A stretch of DNA of 64,000 nucleotides from Oscillospiraceae bacterium (GTDB taxonomy: Bacteria; Bacillota; Clostridia; Oscillospirales; Acutalibacteraceae), in assembly GCA_015066325.1 (NCBI GenBank), contig SVOP01000001.1, forward strand, positions 1,668 through 65,667, in the 5' to 3' direction. The translations under genes and the position numbers were made by a program. A model generated the notes under the pieces. The model was given only the letters and a program-made list of their open reading frames with translations, searched no databases and was not told the origin of the DNA. Below, piece after piece: positions 16,410 through 23,171 of the stretch (positions are counted from its first letter, which is position 1; the number at the start of each line of letters is the position of its first letter).

Positions 16410-17888
16410 GTGATACTTTTGACAGGCGTAATTTATGCGAGATATTCAAGTGATAATCAGCGTGAAGAGTCCATTGAAGGTCAATTGAGAGAGTGCAAGG
16501 TATTTGCCGAGAAAAATGGCATTGATGTTGTTGGTACATACATTGACCGAGCATTATCTGCCAAGACGGACAACCGTCCTGATTTCCAGAAGATGATTAA
16601 AGACAGTGTTAAAAAGCAATTCGATTGTGTTATTGTCTGGAAGCTTGACCGATTTGCTCGTAACCGTTACGATTCTGCTCATTATAAAGCTATTCTTCGC
16701 AAAAATGGTGTTCGTGTTTTATCTGCAACCGAAGCAATTTCACAAGGTGCAGAAGGTATCATTCTTGAATCGGTTCTGGAAGGTATGGCTGAATACTATT
16801 CAGCAGAACTTGCAGAAAAGGTTATCCGAGGTCAGACCGAAAATGCTTTGAGCTGCCGTTTTAATGGTGGTACAATTCCTATCGGTTACAAAATAAATAA
16901 AGATCGGAAATTTGAAATTGATAACGAAACAGCACCCTATGTTTTATCAGCTTTCAAAATGTACGAAGATGGTATGACGATGCAGGAAATTGCAGATGAA
17001 CTAAATGTCAAAGGTATTCGTAATACTCGTGGTACAAAATTAAATATCAACACTGTTTCTAACTTGTTGTCAAACAGAAGATATATGGGCGAGTATTATT
17101 ATCGTGATATTGTGATTTCCGATGGCATACCCGCTATTGTTCCAAAAGATTTGTTCCTGCGTGTTCAAGAAAGGATAGCTAAAAACAAAAATTCACCTGC
17201 ACGATACAGAGCAGATGAACAATATATTTTATCTACCAAGTTATACTGTGGTAAGTGTATGACTTTTATGGTTGGTGAAAGCGGTACTGCAAGGAACAAA
17301 AATACATATCGTTATTACAAGTGCTTATCTGCAAAACGCAAGCGTGGTTGCGATAAGAAAGCAGTTAAAAAAGACTGGATTGAAAATCTCGTTATAAACC
17401 AAATCATTCGTGTTATATGGGATGATAATCTGATTGAAGATATAACCGATATGGTTATGGACTTGCAGAAAAATGAAAACAATGTTCTTCCTCTTCTCAA
17501 AAAGAGACAAAATGAAATTAACAAAGGTATTTCAAATATCCTTTCCGCAATCGAACAGGGCATATTCACACCATCAACAAAGGAACGCCTTGAAGATTTA
17601 GAGAAACAAAAACGAGAAATCGAAATACAAATTGCAGAAGAAAGCATTGCAAGACCGATGCTTGACCGTGACCAGATTAAATTTTGGTTTCACCGTTTCA
17701 GAAAAATGGATGCATCGAAGCCTGAAAACCGAAGAAGATTGGTTGACAGCTTTGTGAATTCAGTGATTTTATATGATGACAGAATTGAGTTTTATTTCAA
17801 CTTCAAAAAAGGTGCAAAAAGCCTTTCTTTAGAAGATTTGGAAAAAGGTTCGGATACGCTTGATTCACTCCCACCAAAAAAGAACTAA
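16410..17888 (+). CDS. Large serine recombinase (resolvase catalytic domain, recombinase domain and zinc ribbon)
   Basis: GVIYARYSSDNQREESIEGQ contains the catalytic Ser motif. Also VWKLDRFARN, and a Cys cluster YCGKC...YYKC...GC. The likely true start is TTG at 16419, 5 nt after GAGGTGA. Confidence 0.9.
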   Translation: MILLTGVIYARYSSDNQREESIEGQLRECKVFAEKNGIDVVGTYIDRALSAKTDNRPDFQKMIKDSVKKQFDCVIVWKLDRFARNRYDSAHYKAILRKNGVRVLSATEAISQGAEGIILESVLEGMAEYYSAELAEKVIRGQTENALSCRFNGGTIPIGYKINKDRKFEIDNETAPYVLSAFKMYEDGMTMQEIADELNVKGIRNTRGTKLNINTVSNLLSNRRYMGEYYYRDIVISDGIPAIVPKDLFLRVQERIAKNKNSPARYRADEQYILSTKLYCGKCMTFMVGESGTARNKNTYRYYKCLSAKRKRGCDKKAVKKDWIENLVINQIIRVIWDDNLIEDITDMVMDLQKNENNVLPLLKKRQNEINKGISNILSAIEQGIFTPSTKERLEDLEKQKREIEIQIAEESIARPMLDRDQIKFWFHRFRKMDASKPENRRRLVDSFVNSVILYDDRIEFYFNFKKGAKSLSLEDLEKGSDTLDSLPPKKN

Positions 17889-17910
17889 GCGAAAGCTTAG
17901 TTCTTTTTTT
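17881..17910 (+). terminator. Rho-independent terminator of the recombinase gene
   Basis: AGAACTAAGC-GAAA-GCTTAGTTCT (10-bp stem, GAAA loop) followed by TTTTTT. The stop codon lies inside the stem. Confidence 0.7.
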
Positions 17911-18130
17911 ATCCATTGCGAAAGCAATGGCATATCATCAAGGGCGACTTGTCGCCCTTGTATCTCATCAGTCCGTCAGGACTGTATATCATCACACCTT
18001 TAGGTGTGTATCAAAAATGCTTTCGCAATGATGATATACAACGGTTAGCACCGTTGATGATATCCACGGCGTTGCCGTGATGATATGCAATTCCTTGCGG
18101 AATTGATTATATACAATGCTTCGCATTGAT
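17911..18130. repeat. Mirrored array of 9 variable mini-hairpins separated by a conserved 12-nt spacer (TGTATATCATCA, then its complement TGATGATATACA)
   Basis: Read directly from the sequence. See the finding for the unit-by-unit parse. Confidence 0.6.
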
Positions 18131-18154
18131 TTCAACAAAAATATGTGTTACAAT
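18126..18154 (+). promoter_or_regulatory. Candidate promoter for the 18178 gene
   Basis: TTGATT (18126-18131), a 17-nt spacer, then TGtTACAAT (-10 at 18149-18154). It overlaps the last unit of the hairpin array. Confidence 0.45.
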
Positions 18155-18177
18155 TTTGTTGAAAAGGAAGTGATATT

Positions 18178-18522
18178 ATGCCTAAGAACTATTTGCTTAT
18201 TTATTCAGAACAACTTGCAACTGATATCGCATTGTTGTGTCAAAGCATTAAAGCACCAAGCAACACTATTTTCCAAATTCAAAAAAGTTCAAGCAGTGTT
18301 TACGCAAATATTCGTGAAGCAAATTATGGTCAAAGTAAGGCAGATATGCTTTCTAAATTCGAAATAGCACTAAAAGAATGTAGCGAAACGGAAGGTTGGC
18401 TACAATTATTATTTAATACCAACGCTATTGATGAAGATACATATAAAAAACATAGAAATCTTTGTGGCAGAATCAGACGAATGCTGATTTCAAGTTGTAA
18501 AACGTTAAAAGAAAAGATTTAA
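18178..18522 (+). CDS. Four-helix-bundle protein (23S rRNA intervening-sequence protein family)
   Basis: REANYGQSKADMLSKFEIALKECSETEGWLQLL matches the family signature (EA..s..DF..K..IA.KE..ET..WL.L). Confidence 0.75.
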   Translation: MPKNYLLIYSEQLATDIALLCQSIKAPSNTIFQIQKSSSSVYANIREANYGQSKADMLSKFEIALKECSETEGWLQLLFNTNAIDEDTYKKHRNLCGRIRRMLISSCKTLKEKI

Positions 18523-18546
18523 TTTTTAACTAAAGGTGGTGAGGCT

Positions 18547-19242
18547 TTGTTTAGTTTTTTTAGAAAAACAAGAGAAAAAATAACGCCCATAGACTTAAAT
18601 AATCCTGATGCAGTAGTAACTGTTATCAACTGTCGCCACTCTAAAAATCCTTTTGGTAAAAACTATCGAGGTTGTTGTGAAATTCAAGAAGAATATTTTA
18701 CTTCAGTTTGTTTTCAGACAATTGATGGAAATGATATGCTTTATGAACAGCCGCACCATTGTTTTGTGAACTTTTCAACTCCAAAAGCATATCCATATAA
18801 ATTATGGGTAGGGCGTAAAATAGAACTTTACGAAGGTAAAATTCATGTTGGCACAATGGTTGTTGAAGAAATTAAAAATTCTATTCTTGATCGCAATACG
18901 AAATTTGAAAATCAAGATAATATTTTAGAAAACTATAAAGTTTTAAATCTTGCTTTAAAGCGCTCGTTGGAGTGGGGCAAAAAATATGTAATACCACTTG
19001 ATAATAAACTGTTGAAATCATTACCTACACTTTCGGGAACAGATATTGAAAAAATATCAAAATATGTTATTCAAGTAAGGGACGATATTCTTTGGAAAAT
19101 CTATTATCCAAATTGGGATGTAAAAGAAGGCGTCTTGAAAATTGATGCTAAAAAAGCCGTGTCTGAAAAATATTCTTGGATTAATAAAGATAATTTAGCT
19201 TCATTAGATTCTCAAGGGAAGTATTATGCTTGGCACGGTTAA
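18547..19242 (+). CDS. Hypothetical protein
   Basis: Long ORF with a GGTGGTGAGG SD. I recognise no motif. Confidence 0.45.
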   Translation: MFSFFRKTREKITPIDLNNPDAVVTVINCRHSKNPFGKNYRGCCEIQEEYFTSVCFQTIDGNDMLYEQPHHCFVNFSTPKAYPYKLWVGRKIELYEGKIHVGTMVVEEIKNSILDRNTKFENQDNILENYKVLNLALKRSLEWGKKYVIPLDNKLLKSLPTLSGTDIEKISKYVIQVRDDILWKIYYPNWDVKEGVLKIDAKKAVSEKYSWINKDNLASLDSQGKYYAWHG

Positions 19243-19278
19243 ATAATTCTCTGGACTTATAACAGTTTCTGTGCATAA

Positions 19279-19488
19279 TTGTTGTTACCAAAAAAGAAAG
19301 GTGGCAATAATATGAGTAAAGAAGAATTGCAGAAAGAAATTTGGTTTTTATATAGACTTTGGTATAGATACTATCTTATCTATACTTTTCTTCGCGAGAA
19401 CAAACGAGAATTAGAGTTAGTATCAAAACTGCAGGAAAAACAAAATGAGCTTTTACGGCTTATTGATTTTGCAAAAGACCAACTTTAA
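19279..19488 (+). CDS. Small hypothetical protein (the internal ATG at MSKEELQ is the likely start)
   Basis: AAAGGTGG SD before the ATG at 19312. Its 3' end is duplicated at 20283-20354. Confidence 0.35.
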   Translation: MLLPKKKGGNNMSKEELQKEIWFLYRLWYRYYLIYTFLRENKRELELVSKLQEKQNELLRLIDFAKDQL

Positions 19489-19520
19489 GTTGGCATCTAA
19501 ATTGTTCGTAACAACCAAAA
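19420..19520 (+). repeat. Direct repeat copy A (about 100 bp; 3' end of the small ORF plus palindrome CCAACTTTAAGTTGG)
   Basis: Aligns with 20286-20386 with 8 mismatches by hand alignment. Followed by a terminator-like hairpin and T-run (19522-19550). Confidence 0.8.
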
Positions 19521-19554
19521 ACCGACAAGCACTTGTTTGTCAGTTTTTTATTTG

Positions 19555-19644
19555 TGTCCTGCGGACATAAAATGAAGTTGCCTTACGGCAAATGATGTGG
19601 CATTGCCATTGAAGTGCTTACGCAACGAGGTGTGCCTGACGGCA
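19555..19644. repeat. Second cluster of five TGCC/GGCA-type mini-hairpins with purine-rich 6-8-nt spacers
   Basis: TGTCC-TGC-GGACA, TTGCC-TTAC-GGCAA, TGGCA-T-TGCCA, TGC-TTAC-GCA and TGCC-TGAC-GGCA, read directly from the sequence. Confidence 0.5.
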
Positions 19645-19808
19645 ACGGAGTTACACTTATGACAAACGAGTTTAATTTGTAGGAAAAACGGTGTAATATC
19701 AACCAGCAAGGATAGTAACAATCCAAACAATACCTTTTATTTTTTCACCTACCTATGTATAATTAAATCAGCAAAAAAACTTAATGCAAGAATGTAGAAA
19801 GGAAAGAT

Positions 19809-20216
19809 ATGAAAATGAAAAACAGCATAGGTGAAAGAATTGCCTACCATAGAAAAATGAATGCAATGACACAGGAGGAGCTTGCCGGGAAGTTGAATGT
19901 TTCTACTCAAGCCGTTTCGAAATGGGAACAAAAAATTTCTTCGCCTGATATTACGCTTTTGCCGGAAATTGCAAGTGTTTTTTCTATTAGTATCGATGAA
20001 TTGTTCGGAAAGAAAGTTGATAGGGAACCCGTGTTTAATTTAGTTGATAATGTTCCGTGGGACGATGACAGAAAAATACGAATTGCAGTTTATCATGGCA
20101 AAAAACTTATGCAACAATCAACACATCAACTTCAAAAAGGAACAAATAAAATAAATGTTCATTTTGACTATGGTGAAGTTTATAAAATACATGGTGTTTG
20201 TAATTTGAATTTATAA
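19809..20216 (+). CDS. XRE-family HTH transcriptional regulator
   Basis: IGERIAYHRKMNAMTQEELAGKLNVSTQAVSKWEQKISSPDITLLPEIASVFSISIDELFG is the canonical Cro/C1 HTH. Confidence 0.8.
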   Translation: MKMKNSIGERIAYHRKMNAMTQEELAGKLNVSTQAVSKWEQKISSPDITLLPEIASVFSISIDELFGKKVDREPVFNLVDNVPWDDDRKIRIAVYHGKKLMQQSTHQLQKGTNKINVHFDYGEVYKIHGVCNLNL

Positions 20217-20285
20217 AAAATTCTTTCATGTTGAACAAAAAGTTATTAAAAATTTGTTAGTAGTACAAAAACCCTCGAAGAGATG

Positions 20286-20386
20286 GTATCAAAATTACAG
20301 AAAAAGCAAAATGAGCTTTTACGGCTTATTTATTTTGCAAAAGCCCAACTTTAAGTTGGCATCTAAATTGTTCGTAACAGCCAAGA
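20286..20386 (+). repeat. Direct repeat copy B (encodes only a 23-codon remnant, MVSKLQKKQNELLRLIYFAKAQL)
   Basis: See copy A. Followed by terminator hairpin GCAGACA...TGTCTGC and a T-run (20389-20425). Confidence 0.8.
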
Positions 20387-20552
20387 AAAGCAGACATCCA
20401 ATAGGGTGTCTGCTTTTCTTTTGTTTGAAAAAAGTAAAGGTGGATTCGAACCACATTATGGTCTTTTTGAGTGGGTTAATATTTCCTTGTGTTTATTCTA
20501 AAAAAGTAGTATAATTAATAAAAAGGCACATAAAAATACGAGAGGTGATTTT

Positions 20553-21932
20553 ATGAGCATACAAAATTTAATTGCACAGTATAAAGAGAATAAAAATGGC
20601 ATAAGCCATTGTACCTTTAATCCTGAAGGGCCGGGAGTTGTCAGAATTCACCTTGTTCCGCCTAAATTTAAATTGTTTGGTGATAGGGCATACATAGTTA
20701 TTTTAAACGGTTACTATATGTTACCGTTGGGTTATTCCTGGGCTTTGTTGCTTTCTAATTTTATGAAAGAGGTAAATGCCTTTGCAGGTAAGCCCATAAA
20801 CGAAAACGATGAAGAGACTATTTTTAAAAGCACAATTAATAAAACATCAGCAGTTTATCCTTCTATGAGCAAAGAGGATATCGAAGAGGATCTGGAATTT
20901 ATTTTGCGGGTTCTTTTTGCAGTTGCAAGAGGGGACGACCCTGAAATCGAAATTGAAAAGCTTTCCATTCGACAATACGGAAAGAATATGACTGCACCTC
21001 ACAGAATGGATTTGTTAGTCAGTGCAATGACTGATGCAGAAGGTAAATGGCAGTGTAATCAGAAATGCAAATTTTGCTATGCAGCAGGTCAATGCAAGGG
21101 TCAGACTAACGAATTGGGAACGGATGAATGGAAAAAGATTATTGAGGTGCTTTATAAAGCCAATGTTCCTATGGTTACCTTTACAGGAGGGGAGCCAACA
21201 ATGAGAGCTGATATTGCTTCTCTTGTTGCCCATGCAGAAAAAATGGTAACCCGACTTAACACCAATGGAATTAATTTAACTCCCGATTTGGTTAATGAGC
21301 TTAAAAAAGCAGGTCTTGACAGTGTTCAGGTCACTCTTTATTCTCACGATGAAGCGATTCATAATGAGCTTGTTGGCGGTGAACATTTTAAAGATACGGT
21401 AAACGGCATAAAAAATGCGGTAAAAGCAGGACTTGATGTGAGCGTTAATACCCCTCTTTGCAAAAAGAATTCGGATTATATAAAAACACTTGAATTTATA
21501 AAATCTCTTGGTGTAAGCTTTGTTACAATCAGCGGTCTTATCTGCACGGGTATGGCGGAAATCAATCACGAAGAATATGATCTTTCGGAAGAAGCCTTGT
21601 TTGATATTGTTAAGGAAGCAAAAATGTTCTGCACAGTAAATGAAACAGAAATTGATTTTACCTCACCCGGTCTGATTGCAAAAGAACGGTTAGAGTCAAT
21701 CGGTATGAATGTTCCGATGTGCGGTGCGGCTCTGAGCAATATGGCAGTTGCACCTGACGGTACAGTGGTTCCCTGTCAGAGCTGGCTAAATTCTGACGCG
21801 AATTTAGGGAATATACTCAAAGATAAGTTTTCTGATATATGGAAAAACAAAAAATGTGTTGAATTAAGAAATATGACCGAGGAAGAAGCCTTGAATTGCC
21901 CATTCAGAAAAAGTGAGGTGATGGGGAAATGA
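20553..21932 (+). CDS. Radical SAM / SPASM-domain protein with a roughly 165-aa N-terminal extension
   Basis: CNQKCKFCYA is the CX3CX2C cluster. Also GGEPTMR, and a C-terminal Cys-rich SPASM-like region (PMCGAALSNMAVAPDGTVVPCQSW...C...CPF). Confidence 0.85.
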   Translation: MSIQNLIAQYKENKNGISHCTFNPEGPGVVRIHLVPPKFKLFGDRAYIVILNGYYMLPLGYSWALLLSNFMKEVNAFAGKPINENDEETIFKSTINKTSAVYPSMSKEDIEEDLEFILRVLFAVARGDDPEIEIEKLSIRQYGKNMTAPHRMDLLVSAMTDAEGKWQCNQKCKFCYAAGQCKGQTNELGTDEWKKIIEVLYKANVPMVTFTGGEPTMRADIASLVAHAEKMVTRLNTNGINLTPDLVNELKKAGLDSVQVTLYSHDEAIHNELVGGEHFKDTVNGIKNAVKAGLDVSVNTPLCKKNSDYIKTLEFIKSLGVSFVTISGLICTGMAEINHEEYDLSEEALFDIVKEAKMFCTVNETEIDFTSPGLIAKERLESIGMNVPMCGAALSNMAVAPDGTVVPCQSWLNSDANLGNILKDKFSDIWKNKKCVELRNMTEEEALNCPFRKSEVMGK

Positions 21933-22981
21933 GAGCTAAAAAGGATAAAAACGATTATTCTGCAAAAACTATAGAAAATCGCAGAAAATTTCCCGTGAGA
22001 AACACAGTGATAATTGCAGTTTGCGTAGTTGTTCAGATAGTTTTAATTTTTTTGGCAGTAACTGCAAAAGCAGAGCCTCAGGATGTTATTGAAAAATACA
22101 CTGTTACCGTTGAGCCGTTGGAAGACGGCACGCTTGACATTGAATATTCTTTCTTGTGGAAAGCTATTGACGAAGCAGAGGAGCTTACCTGGGTTGATAT
22201 CGGTATGGCAAACGCCTCTTTCTCCATATACGAGGAGTCAATTTCCGGAAATATAAAGGAATGTTCTGCAATATATGATGATGGTTATACGGGGGTAAGG
22301 CTGGATTTTCAAAGAGGCTATAAAGGCGGAGAAAACCTAAAGTTTTCCTTTAAGGTGAATCAGCAATATATGCTTTGTAAGGATATGGACAGTTACTTTT
22401 ATGAGTTTGTTCCTTGCTGGTTTAACAGTACCCCTGTGGAAAATTATGAGTTCAGATGGAAAAAGTCCGCCACTTCTTTCGGAGCAGACGGAGCAAATCT
22501 TAAAAACGGTTATTATACCTGGAACGGTAGCTTTGATTGCGGAGAATATGAAATAATGCAGGTTTCTTATGACCTTACTGCTTTTTCAGGGGTTGAAACT
22601 GTTGAATATGAGCCCTTTATGACTAACGGTGCATATAATCAGCTTGCAGAAGACCGAGCTATAAAAATAGGTGTTTTTTGCGTTGTAATTATAGGTATTC
22701 TGATTGGAGAAATTTATCTTTTAGACAGTCACGTTTCATATCGTAGAGGAAGGGGCTTCCTTGTTGGTTACGGACACCCCATACATACCTACGGCTATCA
22801 GAATCCCAGATACATAAAGGCATATAACAGAGCTCACACCTCTACTTCATCAGGTCAGGGTGGCGGTTTCCGTGGCGGTGGATGCGCCTGCGCCTGTGCT
22901 TGTGCTTGTGCCGGTGGCGGTAGAGCAGGATGCGGTCAGAAGGACACATACACAAATATCGAACGAATAAAAAAATATTAA
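21929..22981 (+). CDS. DUF2207-like two-TM membrane protein with a C-terminal Gly-rich / (Cys-Ala)5 tail
   Basis: ATGA overlaps the radical SAM gene. IEKYTVTVEPLEDGTLDIEYSF resembles the DUF2207 N-terminal domain. The tail reads SSGQGGGFRGGGCACACACACAGGGRAGCGQ. Confidence 0.55.
   Translation: MRAKKDKNDYSAKTIENRRKFPVRNTVIIAVCVVVQIVLIFLAVTAKAEPQDVIEKYTVTVEPLEDGTLDIEYSFLWKAIDEAEELTWVDIGMANASFSIYEESISGNIKECSAIYDDGYTGVRLDFQRGYKGGENLKFSFKVNQQYMLCKDMDSYFYEFVPCWFNSTPVENYEFRWKKSATSFGADGANLKNGYYTWNGSFDCGEYEIMQVSYDLTAFSGVETVEYEPFMTNGAYNQLAEDRAIKIGVFCVVIIGILIGEIYLLDSHVSYRRGRGFLVGYGHPIHTYGYQNPRYIKAYNRAHTSTSSGQGGGFRGGGCACACACACAGGGRAGCGQKDTYTNIERIKKY
22883..22912 (+). repeat. Imperfect hexanucleotide repeat (TGYGCY)x5 encoding (Cys-Ala)5
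   Basis: The sequence reads TGCGCC TGCGCC TGTGCT TGTGCT TGTGCC. Confidence 0.9.
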
Positions 22982-23171
22982 AAGATTTAACAACCGATGC
23001 TCACGAAAGGGTTTCGGTTGTTTCTCTTTTTGCGTCCGTTTAATATTTCGGAAAGATATAATCAATAAGTTTGCTTGCAGTTTTTTGTTGAAAACGGCGT
23101 ATTGAGAAAAAATGTATATTATAGTAAAATTATAACGTATGACGATTAATTTTGCGGAGGTCGTTTTTTGT

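Noticed and set aside
17911-18130. The hairpin array considered as a CRISPR array
   Set aside because: The units are only about 22-30 bp. The conserved part is a 12-nt AT-rich spacer and the variable parts are themselves palindromes. The conserved motif inverts at the midpoint. No cas genes are present in the window. None of this fits CRISPR architecture.
19598-19614. TGGCAT-TGCCA-TTGA considered as a sigma-54 (-24/-12) promoter
   Set aside because: The -12 element is TTGA rather than TTGC. No enhancer-binding-protein gene is nearby. The sequence is better explained as one unit of the mini-hairpin cluster.
20254-20514. The 86-aa plus-strand ORF
   Set aside because: It reads through direct-repeat copy B, a terminator hairpin and the radical-SAM promoter, in a frame different from the repeat's ancestral coding frame. 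It has no SD.
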